From Chloroflexota bacterium (GTDB lineage: Bacteria > Chloroflexota > UBA11872 > VXOZ01): a stretch of DNA of 64,000 nt. Both the position numbers and the translations under genes were made by a program. Under the pieces are notes generated by a model. It made no database searches. It saw nothing but the letters and a program-made list of their open reading frames with translations, and had not been told where the DNA came from. The stretch is taken from assembly GCA_963662335.2 (NCBI GenBank), contig CAXXVD010000002.1, forward strand, positions 256,001 through 320,000, in the 5' to 3' direction. Shown one piece after another: positions 49,206-57,836 of the stretch; position 1 is the first letter of the stretch; each line of letters opens with the position of its first letter.

Positions 49206-50633
49206 CTACGAAGTAGCAGCGTCGAACAAGGCGTTCGTCTCCGCCGCCATGTTCTTCAGCCCTTCCTCCACGCCGACGGCGCCGGCGAAGATCTGCGGCG
49301 CCCACACGCCCATGGGACCCAGCATTTCGCCCCACGAGACGACGTCGTGCGTCGGCAGGTTGGTGGTCCACTGGAACATCTCGAACGCGGCGATGCGGTT
49401 GGCAGGGCCGTCGGTGACCTCCGGATCGTAGTAGAGTTGCGCGGAGTCATCCCGCGCCGGCCGCAGCACGTCGGCCCGCGCCAGAATGTCCTGGGAATCC
49501 TTCGTCATCATGTTGGCGAAGACGCCCCACGCCTGGTCCGGGGACTTGGAGTTGGTATTCATGCACCAGCCGACGATGTTGGTGGTGCCGCCCGGATTGC
49601 CCGTGTTGGGCGAGGCGGCCACGTAGCCGTAGTCCCAGGTGAAGCCGGAGCCGGGCCACGCTTCGTTCAGGAACTTCACGTTGTTGGAAGCCGCCGTCCA
49701 GAGGATGACCTGGCCGCTGCCAAAGAGCGCGAAGCGGCCGCCGCGGCCCGCCATGCCCTGGCTCAAGTCCGCAATCTGCTCCCGCGACGGCGATACCCGG
49801 TGCTTGAGCGCCAGGTCCACGCAGAAGTGCCACGCCTCCGCCGATTCCGGGCTGTCGATGACGCAGCGCAAATCGTCGTTCAGAAAGTCGCCGCCGTTGC
49901 CGCGCACGTAATTCAGCCAGCCCTGCTCGAGGGCGTCGGGGGCGAACGCGCCGTAGCGTGTGATGTTGTCTCCCTCGCGCTCGGTGAGCTTGATGGCGTA
50001 CTCCTGGAGCAGGTCCCAATTCCAGTCGGTGCCCAAATCGGACGGTATGGCAAAGCCGCCCTCGTTGACGGCGTCCTCGTTGAAGAGCGTGATGATGCTC
50101 GTCATCATGCCGGGCACGCCGAACATCTTCTCGCCCTTGTAGGTGTAGAAGTCGATGCCGGTCTTCCAGGCGTTGGCGGCAAAGTCCTGGGCGATGGGAT
50201 CGGCCTTGAACTGGGCGGTGATGTCGGCGGGAATCTCCTTGTTCGACCACGCGAAGTAGTTCACGCTGTTCATCAAGTAGATGTCGGGGCCCGTGCCGCC
50301 GACGAAGGCCGCCTGCAAATTGTCCCAATAGCCGGAGACCGCTTCCGCGGACACGCTGACGTTGGGATTGGCTTCCGAGTAGTTCGCGCCCATCTGCTCG
50401 ACCGACGCCACCGGGTCCGGCCACCAGACCCAGACGTTGATTTCGGCGGCCTCGGCCTGGGGCTGCTCGGCGGGTTTTTCCGCTTCCGGCTCGGCCGGCG
50501 CATCTTCCGCGGGCATGGCCGTGTCCGCTTGTCCGCAGGCGGCGAGCGCCGCCGCTGCGAACGCGGCGCCTCCGCCCACAAGGAATTGGCGGCGGGTCGG
50601 ATTGGAACGAGTGGAGTGTTCAGGCGTATTCAC
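49206..50633 (-). CDS. Tat-exported carbohydrate ABC solute-binding lipoprotein
   Basis: TRRQFL, LAAC lipobox, GPDIY, WNWD.L.EYA.KLT. Confidence 0.88.
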   Translation of the reverse strand: MNTPEHSTRSNPTRRQFLVGGGAAFAAAALAACGQADTAMPAEDAPAEPEAEKPAEQPQAEAAEINVWVWWPDPVASVEQMGANYSEANPNVSVSAEAVSGYWDNLQAAFVGGTGPDIYLMNSVNYFAWSNKEIPADITAQFKADPIAQDFAANAWKTGIDFYTYKGEKMFGVPGMMTSIITLFNEDAVNEGGFAIPSDLGTDWNWDLLQEYAIKLTEREGDNITRYGAFAPDALEQGWLNYVRGNGGDFLNDDLRCVIDSPESAEAWHFCVDLALKHRVSPSREQIADLSQGMAGRGGRFALFGSGQVILWTAASNNVKFLNEAWPGSGFTWDYGYVAASPNTGNPGGTTNIVGWCMNTNSKSPDQAWGVFANMMTKDSQDILARADVLRPARDDSAQLYYDPEVTDGPANRIAAFEMFQWTTNLPTHDVVSWGEMLGPMGVWAPQIFAGAVGVEEGLKNMAAETNALFDAATS

Positions 50634-50880
50634 CGTACGATTCCTCCTCCGTGTTCGCGCTCACCGGGTACCGGGCGAGCGACACTATATTGGGCGCCAT
50701 TGGTGCGCCGAGTGCCTTTGCGCGAAGCGGCCTCCCTTCTACTCTTCAAGTGCTGACGAGCCGCGCCAAGCTATGCCTCCGCGCAACCCGGCGCGGCTGC
50801 GCTTCCTCTACCCGCGACAGTGGCACATCACATCCCTGCGCGGGACGCATGGTAACGCCATTGCCAGCGAGTTAACGCGC

Positions 50881-50908
50881 ATTATAGAGGAAAGACTACG
50901 GTTGTCAA
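50881..50908 (-). promoter_or_regulatory. consensus sigma70 promoter
   Basis: minus strand TTGACA-16 bp-TATAAT. Confidence 0.75.
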
Positions 50909-50968
50909 GTGTGTTCTTGAAACCGGCGGCGCGGCGCGCCGCCAAGGAGACTTGGCGAGAGCGTGCGG

Positions 50969-52024
50969 CTACGTGCGCGGCCAGCGCTCGGCCAGCGGCG
51001 GCATGGCGGGAAACGGCGCGTGCGGCGCGGTCTGGTACCAGTAGGCGACCGAGGCGATGTCGTCGGTGAGCGGCTCGAACTTCTTGTTCAGCCACCAGCC
51101 GAGCGCCTGCACGGTCACTTTCAGGTCCTCTTTGAAGCGGATCGGATCCAGGATGTGCCAGCGGTACATGCCGTGGAGCGGCACTTCCACCGGATCTTGC
51201 TTGTAGAGCGGATAGCCGAGGAAGGGCGTGGAAAAAGTGCGGTCGCCAAAGTTCCACGCACCGCCAAAGTAGTCCTCCGTGCCGGTGCCGCAAATCGTGG
51301 GATGGCCGGTATCGCCGTCCAGGTAGAATTTCACCTCGCCCTCGCCCCACCAGCCGTTGGAAAACTGCGACCACGCGATGAACGTGCCCACGTACTGCCC
51401 CTGGCCGCGCACGCCGTCGAGCAGCACGTGTTCGGGATACTCGCGGGTGGTCATCGAGCGCCGCCACTGGGCGTGGAAGTAGGCGGCGTTTTCCGGCACT
51501 GGGGCCAGCGCGTAGGTGATCTGGTAGTAGAAGCCCGGGATTTCCTCCCAATAGTCATTCTCGATGGTGATGCGCGCGCTGCGGCGGAAGGGCATGGGCC
51601 AGTAGCAGTTGAAGCCGCCGGTGGGATTGACGGCAACCGGCAGCGAGTTCACGTCGTAGCGCAGCCCGTGGCCGTTGCAGAAGAAATCGCCCAGCGGGAC
51701 TTCCACCGAGGGCGTCTCCTCGCCGTCCCAGTAGCAGCGCAAGACGGTGCTGCGGTAGGCCTGGGGCCGTACGGTCAGCCAGATGTGCTGGATTGTGCCC
51801 GGCCCTTCGATCTCGGCGAGCGTCGTCGTGCTTTGCGGCGGCAGTTCGATCTTGGGCCGCACCTTCCAGCCCGGACCCAGCAGCGAGGCGGCGCTGTTCG
51901 CATCCGGCACGGCTTTCGCGCCGCCGCCCCGCGCGCCGGTGGGGTTTTCCGCCGAAATCGAGCGCGTTTCGGCATCCGAAAGCAGCGCGATGCTGTGCAG
52001 ACCGTTTTGCAATCCATCCAACAT
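50969..52024 (-). CDS. DUF2961 / GH172-like glycoside hydrolase
   Basis: RSISAENPTG, GPG.IQHIW, PSVEVPLGDFF, WWGEGE.KFYLDGD, GTGTEDYF. Confidence 0.88.
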   Translation of the reverse strand: MLDGLQNGLHSIALLSDAETRSISAENPTGARGGGAKAVPDANSAASLLGPGWKVRPKIELPPQSTTTLAEIEGPGTIQHIWLTVRPQAYRSTVLRCYWDGEETPSVEVPLGDFFCNGHGLRYDVNSLPVAVNPTGGFNCYWPMPFRRSARITIENDYWEEIPGFYYQITYALAPVPENAAYFHAQWRRSMTTREYPEHVLLDGVRGQGQYVGTFIAWSQFSNGWWGEGEVKFYLDGDTGHPTICGTGTEDYFGGAWNFGDRTFSTPFLGYPLYKQDPVEVPLHGMYRWHILDPIRFKEDLKVTVQALGWWLNKKFEPLTDDIASVAYWYQTAPHAPFPAMPPLAERWPRT

Positions 52025-52060
52025 GGTTGTCCGTTCCCCTTCCGTTTCCGGGCGGCCTCG

Positions 52061-53416
52061 TCAAGACGCAGGCGCATCCGCCAACGAGTCAAGCAGCGCC
52101 AGCGCCGTCGTCTCCATCGCCTGCGCCGTGCCGGGGCCGCCGATGGCCGAGCGCGAGGGCCAGGTCTCGTAGCCGCCGAGCGCCAGTTGCTCGTCGGTGG
52201 CCACGTAGCCAAGATAGTCGTTCGCCAGGCTGATGACAAACTGCGGCGCAAAGGGAGAGCCCGCCTTGATTGCGAGGCCGATCTCCACGAAGATCTCGCC
52301 CGGCAGCGCGGAAAAACCGGCCGGGCCCACCCGCAGCGCCTGAATCGATGAGGTAAGGGTCTCCGGCATTGCGTGCAGCGCCTTGATCTCGCGGGCGTAG
52401 GCCGGCGCCCAGCGCGGGTAGATCGGCTGGCCGCTCACCGCCGTAAACGGCCCTTCGGTGTAATCATAGCCGCCGTTCAGAATCTTCGCCGCGATTGCCA
52501 CGTCCGCATCGGTGGTCTGCTTCCGCGCAAACGCGAACTCTCCGACCGCCGCGCCCAGCGTTACGTGGTCGCGCATCTCCATCAGTTGGATTTCCGTCAG
52601 GGCGCGGCCCGCGAGCGCGTTCGCCATGCGCGCCGCCTGCGCGTGGCCGCGATGCGGCCAGGGCTTGAAGACGTTCGTGTTGTTGATGTTGCCGGACGCG
52701 CCATTGAAGAGCAGCCCCACCGCTTGCGGCCCAAGCAGACGCCGCACCGCCTGGAAGAAGTGCCCGAAGTAGTCGGCGGAAATCTCCGCGCCCGTATCCG
52801 TGCCCACGTAGTGCAGCGCGTAGTTTCCCAGCACGGCCAGCGGCTCGCCGGCGCAGCTTTCGACGTAGCAGAGCGCAAACTCCGGATCCGTCGGCCCGGC
52901 GGGGCGCACCACGTCCGGATTGCCGACGCCGGGATTGAAGTGCACCTGGCCGTTGCGCATGTGGTAGCGGCGGTTGAAGACCAGGCGCGGTTCCGCCACG
53001 CTCGCAAAGCCAATGCGCGCCGGCTGCAAGCGCCGCGCCGCCATCTCCACCGCGTCGGCAATCTTGCGGACGGCCCACGCCGTATAGTCGGTCTGCTCCT
53101 CCATGAAGCCCACCGTCACGGTAGCCGGCGCGGAGTGGGTGTGCGTGGCGGCGATGAGCACGTGGTCCGCCGGGATGCCACACCGCGCCGCAATGCGCTC
53201 CTTCACCGCGTCCATCATGCGGCCCGGCATCATCGTCAGGTCGCAGAGGACGAACGCGATGCGCCGCTCCCCGTCGTCCAATACCAGCGCCTTGGCCAGC
53301 AGGTCGTCGTGCACCGCGTCGGCGTGGGTTACGTCCCGGAACGCCCCGCGCATGGGAATGCCCAGCCCGGGCGTGATATTCGCCGTGGCCGCCCCCGCGT
53401 GCAGTTGCGCCGCCAT
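52061..53416 (-). CDS. neutral/alkaline ceramidase-like amidohydrolase
   Basis: ITP, HDDL.AKALVL, ATHTHSAP, FNRR, NYALH, SADYFG, PGEIF, GGYE. Confidence 0.8.
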   Translation of the reverse strand: MAAQLHAGAATANITPGLGIPMRGAFRDVTHADAVHDDLLAKALVLDDGERRIAFVLCDLTMMPGRMMDAVKERIAARCGIPADHVLIAATHTHSAPATVTVGFMEEQTDYTAWAVRKIADAVEMAARRLQPARIGFASVAEPRLVFNRRYHMRNGQVHFNPGVGNPDVVRPAGPTDPEFALCYVESCAGEPLAVLGNYALHYVGTDTGAEISADYFGHFFQAVRRLLGPQAVGLLFNGASGNINNTNVFKPWPHRGHAQAARMANALAGRALTEIQLMEMRDHVTLGAAVGEFAFARKQTTDADVAIAAKILNGGYDYTEGPFTAVSGQPIYPRWAPAYAREIKALHAMPETLTSSIQALRVGPAGFSALPGEIFVEIGLAIKAGSPFAPQFVISLANDYLGYVATDEQLALGGYETWPSRSAIGGPGTAQAMETTALALLDSLADAPAS

Positions 53417-53480
53417 GCTGCCGCTCCTTCGCTTCTGCGCCAAACCCGCAACCGTAGACACCCGGCGCGTTCACGGCGCG

Positions 53481-53563
53481 CCAAGCGCAATCACCTGAGG
53501 AAGTCTACATTTAAAGGAAAGCCAAGCGAAATCCCGTATTAAGGAAAGTCAAGCGCAATCCCG
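53481..53563. repeat. direct repeats AAGGAAAG(C/T)CAAGCG(A/C)AATCCCG
   Basis: full copies at 53514 and 53541, partial copy at 53481. Confidence 0.7.
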
Positions 53564-53579
53564 CCCGCTCTCCGGCCGC

Positions 53580-54815
53580 CTACACCGCCACCCGTTGCAA
53601 CTGCCCCACGTTCCGCCGCACCTTGGCGATGCCCTCCGCGATGTCGTCCATATCGGACTTTTCCGCCAGCAGGGTGGGGTGGCCCATGGCGATACCCTCG
53701 TAGCGGGTCAGTTTCTCCGCTTCCGGGCAGTCCAGCGCGCGGAAGACGCCCGCGCCGCCGGCAATCGCGCCGGTTTCCAGATCCAGCATCGGGTTGTCGT
53801 AGATTGGGCGCGGGTGTCCGCCGGAAACCGGCACGCCCTCCGCGTGCGCCGCGTCCAGGAACGACCGCTTATCCGTGCCGAACTCTTCCGGCAAGATGCG
53901 GAACGTATAGATGTGCATCCCGTGTTGGGTCACGTCCGGCGGGATTGGCGGCGGCGCGATGCCGTCGATTTGCGCCAGCAGGCCGGAGAGGTACTTGGCG
54001 TTGCGGTTGCGCAGTTTCGTCTGTTCGTCGAACCGTTCCAGTTGTCCCAGCAGGATTGCCGCCTGGAACTCGTTCATCGGGTAGTGGCCGCCCAGTTCGT
54101 AGTGCACGTAGCCCGGCTCATCTTTGGCGCGGCCGAAGCTGGAGAGCGTATAGAGCCAGCGTTCGGCCAGTTCCGCGTTATCGGTCGTTAACATGCCGCC
54201 CTCGCCGGTGCTCATGTTCTTGCCGCCGCCCAGGCTGAACGAACTGCCGTCGCCCATCCCGCCCAGTTTGCGGCCTTTCCATTCCGCGCCGTGGGCGTGG
54301 GCCGCGTCCGTGATCAGCGCCAGGCCGTGTTTGCGCGCGATTTCCTCGAAGCGTTCCATATCCGCCGGATAGCCGCCGTAGTGCACCGGGCTGATCGCGC
54401 GGGTGCGGGGCGTAATCGCCTCTTCCGTGCGGTCGGGATCCAGGCAGAGCGACGCCGGGTCGATGTCCGCCATCACCGGCGTCGCGCCCAGGTACATGGG
54501 CGCGAAGGCCGTGGCGATGAACGTAAACGCCGGCACGATCACCTCGTCGCCCGCGCCCACGCCAAACGCCTTCAACCCGATCTCCAGGCCCGCGGTGCAA
54601 CTGGTCAGGCCGATGCCAAAGCGGGCGTCGTGATAGGCCGCGAACCGCTCCTGCGCCGCCGTCTTCATCGGCCCGTGCGCCGTGCCGCCCCATACGCGGC
54701 TCTCGAACACCGCGCGCACGTTGTCCAGTTCGGTCTCGCCGTACTGCGGCCACTTGGGCCAGGATTTCGTCCCGTCCCGCACCGGCGTGCCGCCCAGCAG
54801 GGCCAGTCGTTCCAT
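53580..54815 (-). CDS. DegT/DnrJ/EryC1/StrS PLP-dependent aminotransferase
   Basis: GDEVIVPAFTFIAT, PVHYGG, DAAHAHG, SFSLGGGKNMSTGEGG. Confidence 0.92.
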   Translation of the reverse strand: MERLALLGGTPVRDGTKSWPKWPQYGETELDNVRAVFESRVWGGTAHGPMKTAAQERFAAYHDARFGIGLTSCTAGLEIGLKAFGVGAGDEVIVPAFTFIATAFAPMYLGATPVMADIDPASLCLDPDRTEEAITPRTRAISPVHYGGYPADMERFEEIARKHGLALITDAAHAHGAEWKGRKLGGMGDGSSFSLGGGKNMSTGEGGMLTTDNAELAERWLYTLSSFGRAKDEPGYVHYELGGHYPMNEFQAAILLGQLERFDEQTKLRNRNAKYLSGLLAQIDGIAPPPIPPDVTQHGMHIYTFRILPEEFGTDKRSFLDAAHAEGVPVSGGHPRPIYDNPMLDLETGAIAGGAGVFRALDCPEAEKLTRYEGIAMGHPTLLAEKSDMDDIAEGIAKVRRNVGQLQRVAV

Positions 54816-55013
54816 GGTGTCCGTTTCCCTTCCTTTTAATGGGGCTTCGTCCCAGTGACCGCCGTTCCGCTGCCGCTACGCCCCGATTGTATCACCATCC
54901 ACACGCGCCTAGGGTAATCGTATGCTTATGCCGCATTTGCGGTATACTGTATGGCGAATGCGAATTAGGGAATACCGCAGTCCCGCCGCAAACCGGAGCA
55001 GGAGCCGTCCGGC

Positions 55014-55256
55014 ATGATTTCAAATGAAGAGCGCCTCGCGCGCATAGAAGGCGGATACGAACACCTGGCCACCAAGGCCGACATCGGCGACGTTAAGGCC
55101 GACATCGCCGCGCTCAACGGCAGGATAGACGCCCTCGAGGCCCGCATAGACGCCGTGGTCGCCGAGTTGCGCATCCACCGCTGGGCGTTGGGCATCTCCA
55201 TTGCCTTGCAGCTTATCATCCTGGCGCGCCTCTTCGAGATCATCCCGCCGGGGTAG
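55014..55256 (+). CDS. small coiled-coil protein with C-terminal TM (DUF1640/CCDC90-like)
   Basis: LATKADI.DVKADI heptads then a hydrophobic tail; AGGAG RBS; TATACT upstream. Confidence 0.65.
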   Translation: MISNEERLARIEGGYEHLATKADIGDVKADIAALNGRIDALEARIDAVVAELRIHRWALGISIALQLIILARLFEIIPPG

Positions 55257-55342
55257 CGCGCGTACCCGCACGCGCGCTACCCCGGCGCCGTTGCCGGTCA
55301 GCCTCCGCGCGATTTTTCCCGTTTTGTTTGGACAAACCCCCC

Positions 55343-55371
55343 TTGCAACCGCTTTTGCCCTTTGCTACACT
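55343..55371 (+). promoter_or_regulatory. upstream tandem promoter of surface-protein gene 1
   Basis: TTGCAA-17 bp-TACACT with extended -10 TG. Confidence 0.65.
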
Positions 55372-55409
55372 AATGTCCGGACTGACAAGCGCGCAGCCGC
55401 GCCTGCCCC

Positions 55410-55438
55410 TTGCGCAGCTTGGAGCAGTCTGCTACACT
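55410..55438 (+). promoter_or_regulatory. promoter of surface-protein gene 1
   Basis: TTGCGC-17 bp-TACACT (TGCTACACT), conserved in all three units. Confidence 0.75.
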
Positions 55439-55444
55439 ACTAAG

Positions 55445-55750
55445 CAGGCTGGCGCAGCGTGCCCACTAGCGGGGACACCCTGGGCACAGCGCAAGTCAGT
55501 CAGGCTCATCTCGTATCAACATACCGTGCTATTGGCGTCAACGGTCGGATCAGCCAATTGATCGCCCTGGTCTGCCACCTGGGGAGTGTGACGTACACCC
55601 ACGATTCCCCCTCAGCGCGGGACAGTCATCTAGAAGAAGGGAGTGTATAGCTACACGCGCCGGAATAGCCCGGTATTTTGGGTGTCTCTTTCGAATGGAT
55701 CCGAACGCCCGCTAACGGTTGAACGGGCGTACAAGTGAAAGGAAAGGACT
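55445..55750 (+). ncRNA. candidate structured 5' leader RNA, copy 1
   Basis: ~300 nt between promoter and GTG; multiple hairpins; compensatory changes relative to copy 2. Confidence 0.55.
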
Positions 55751-57301
55751 GTGAGACAATTGTCTCGTTTGGTGAGCGTGTTCCTCGCGCTCATTTTGAT
55801 GGGCGCCTCGCTGATGGTCGTGGCCGCGGATGATAAAGTTACTACGGGCGCGAATGCTGAAACTCAGGGCTTGGATCATGGCGCCAAGGTCGTCATCTCC
55901 CGCGTTGACACCACGAGCCCCGTGTATCCCGACACTAAGCTGAAGTTCCGGGTACTCATCGTGCGCAGCGGTCATGATATCCCGGGTGTGGCTGCAACGA
56001 CCCTGAAGCGCACTGGCTTGACTGGCGGCGAAGACAAGTCATATCTCATCGGCACGGATTTCTCCGAGGTCGATGATACCCGCACGACGGATAACACCGC
56101 GGACAAGACGAAAGACCTCTTTTCGGCGCGGCCGACGTTCTCCAAGGAGATCGAGTACGTGGTGCTTGGTACCGACTTGGGCGACAACGCAGCCAGCCGC
56201 ACGGTGAACATCCAGTTCACCCTCGCGTTTACCGTGGGTAGTGATGTGCACGTGGTCGAGAGCAATACGGTGCCGGTGCTGGTAGTGAAGAAGCCTAGCG
56301 AGGGCGATGGGTCGTCCGGCGTGACGATGACGTTTGCCGGCGCCGATCCTGAGGAGCGTGTCGCGGGCAAGAAGATCAAGTTCACGTTGACGGCGAGGAC
56401 CGGCAAGTACGGTCTGGGTGCTACCCAGTTGGTGGAGATCATGCGGCAGCGCTACAGCGATGCCGACACGAAGGACGGCGACCCGGTAATCGTCGACTTC
56501 CTCACCATTCCGACGCTGGGAACCAAGGCGGAAAGCGATGAGCAGTCGGTCGAGTACGTCTTGCGGCAAGAGGACATCGACGCGCACAAGGTCGAGTTCT
56601 CGGTCAAGGTCGAGATTGAGCTCGACGACATCCGCAAAGCTGACGGCACTGCCGTTCTTAAGACTGACATTCATGGGTGGACGAAAGACACGCTGGAGGG
56701 CAGTCACGTCTTCATGAGCATGCCTCCGGTGGCGGCGACGCCGAACCCGTATATCTACGAGAATGCCGCGGCGACGGTGACGGAGCTGGCGGGCGGCACG
56801 GCCGTGGAGATTATGCGGAAGGACACAGGGGCGACGATCACGTTGACGGTAGGCACGCTGAGCAGCGCTGGCGCGCTGTTGCCGCGGGACAGCGGGTACA
56901 TTCGCGACGAGAGTCGCGGGCAGACCTACGCGGTGGTGCGGCGGGCGTCGGACAACACGGTCCGGCGTGTGTGGATATCCTCGAACAGCGAGTGGGTGCC
57001 GCACGTGCCGTGGGATAACGTGATAGCGTTCTACAACGTGCCGGCGTCAGTCTTGAACGCGATACCGTTGGACGACACGATGCCTGAAGTCGACCAACTG
57101 GTAGACGCGGCAGGCACGTGGTACGTGTACCGTGATAGAGCGTGGCGGCATATACCCAATCTGTCCACGTTCCGGGCGGAAGGGTTCTACTGGTGCGACT
57201 TGACGACGGCGGACGCCAACCACGCGGCCGCATCGTCGACCGCGACGCCGCTGCCGTCCAAGGTCGGGCCTCCGGCTGCGGGCTACCCGGCGTGCAGGTA
57301 G
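55751..57301 (+). CDS. secreted surface protein, paralog 1 (two Ig-like repeats plus conserved C-terminal domain)
   Basis: Sec signal MRQLSRLVSVFLALILMGASLMVVAA; YV...D repeats; C-terminal GYIRD..GQTYAVVR..FYWCD..YPAC. Confidence 0.85.
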   Translation: MRQLSRLVSVFLALILMGASLMVVAADDKVTTGANAETQGLDHGAKVVISRVDTTSPVYPDTKLKFRVLIVRSGHDIPGVAATTLKRTGLTGGEDKSYLIGTDFSEVDDTRTTDNTADKTKDLFSARPTFSKEIEYVVLGTDLGDNAASRTVNIQFTLAFTVGSDVHVVESNTVPVLVVKKPSEGDGSSGVTMTFAGADPEERVAGKKIKFTLTARTGKYGLGATQLVEIMRQRYSDADTKDGDPVIVDFLTIPTLGTKAESDEQSVEYVLRQEDIDAHKVEFSVKVEIELDDIRKADGTAVLKTDIHGWTKDTLEGSHVFMSMPPVAATPNPYIYENAAATVTELAGGTAVEIMRKDTGATITLTVGTLSSAGALLPRDSGYIRDESRGQTYAVVRRASDNTVRRVWISSNSEWVPHVPWDNVIAFYNVPASVLNAIPLDDTMPEVDQLVDAAGTWYVYRDRAWRHIPNLSTFRAEGFYWCDLTTADANHAAASSTATPLPSKVGPPAAGYPACR

Positions 57302-57340
57302 GCAGGACGCATTGAAGCTGTATGGGCACAACACAAACCC

Positions 57341-57472
57341 TAGAGGTATCAGTGACCGGGAGAGCGAGAGCGTGATGACCGCACGCTAGCGTGCCCGGGG
57401 GGTCTGTACAGTCTCCTTATGCTACGGCGAGAGCCGGTGTCTGTGGCAGGACACCGGCTCTTGTTATTGTCT
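57341..57472 (+). ncRNA. conserved 3' element ending in a terminator, copy 1
   Basis: 132 nt identical to 59449-59580; GCACGCTAGCGTGC palindrome; GAGCCGGTGTC/GACACCGGCTC stem plus T-rich tail. Confidence 0.45.
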
Positions 57473-57494
57473 GTAGAACGGAGCGGCGCGCCCC

Positions 57495-57523
57495 TTGCAT
57501 AGCTTGGGGCAGTCTGCTACACT
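57495..57523 (+). promoter_or_regulatory. promoter of surface-protein gene 2
   Basis: TTGCAT-17 bp-TACACT. Confidence 0.75.
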
Positions 57524-57529
57524 ACTAAG

Positions 57530-57836
57530 CAGGCTGGCGCGGCGCGCGCCCACTAGCTGGGACACCATGGGCGCGGCGGCAGCCGGTCGAGTTCAATTCG
57601 TATCCACATACCGTGCTATTGGCGTCAACGGTCGGATCAGCCAATTGATCGCCCTGGTCTGCCACCTGGGGAGTGTGACGTACACCCACGATTCCCCCAC
57701 AGCGCGGGACAGTCATCTGAAGAAGGGAGTGTATAGCTACACGCGCCGGAATAGCCCGGTATTTTGGGTGTCTCTTTCGAGTGTTTGCGAACGCCCGCTA
57801 ACGGTTGAACGGGCGTACAAGTGAAAGGAAAGGACT
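57530..57836 (+). ncRNA. candidate structured 5' leader RNA, copy 2
   Basis: homologous to 55445-55750 with covarying stems. Confidence 0.55.

Noticed and set aside
55445-55750. Known riboswitch (c-di-AMP, c-di-GMP, T-box, SAM, cobalamin) or tRNA
   Set aside because: I could not find the diagnostic consensus motifs or a cloverleaf by eye; kept as an unassigned candidate pending cmscan
57495-57824. 109-aa ORF in the leader as a leader peptide
   Set aside because: It starts within the -35 box and is not conserved as one frame in copy 1 or copy 3
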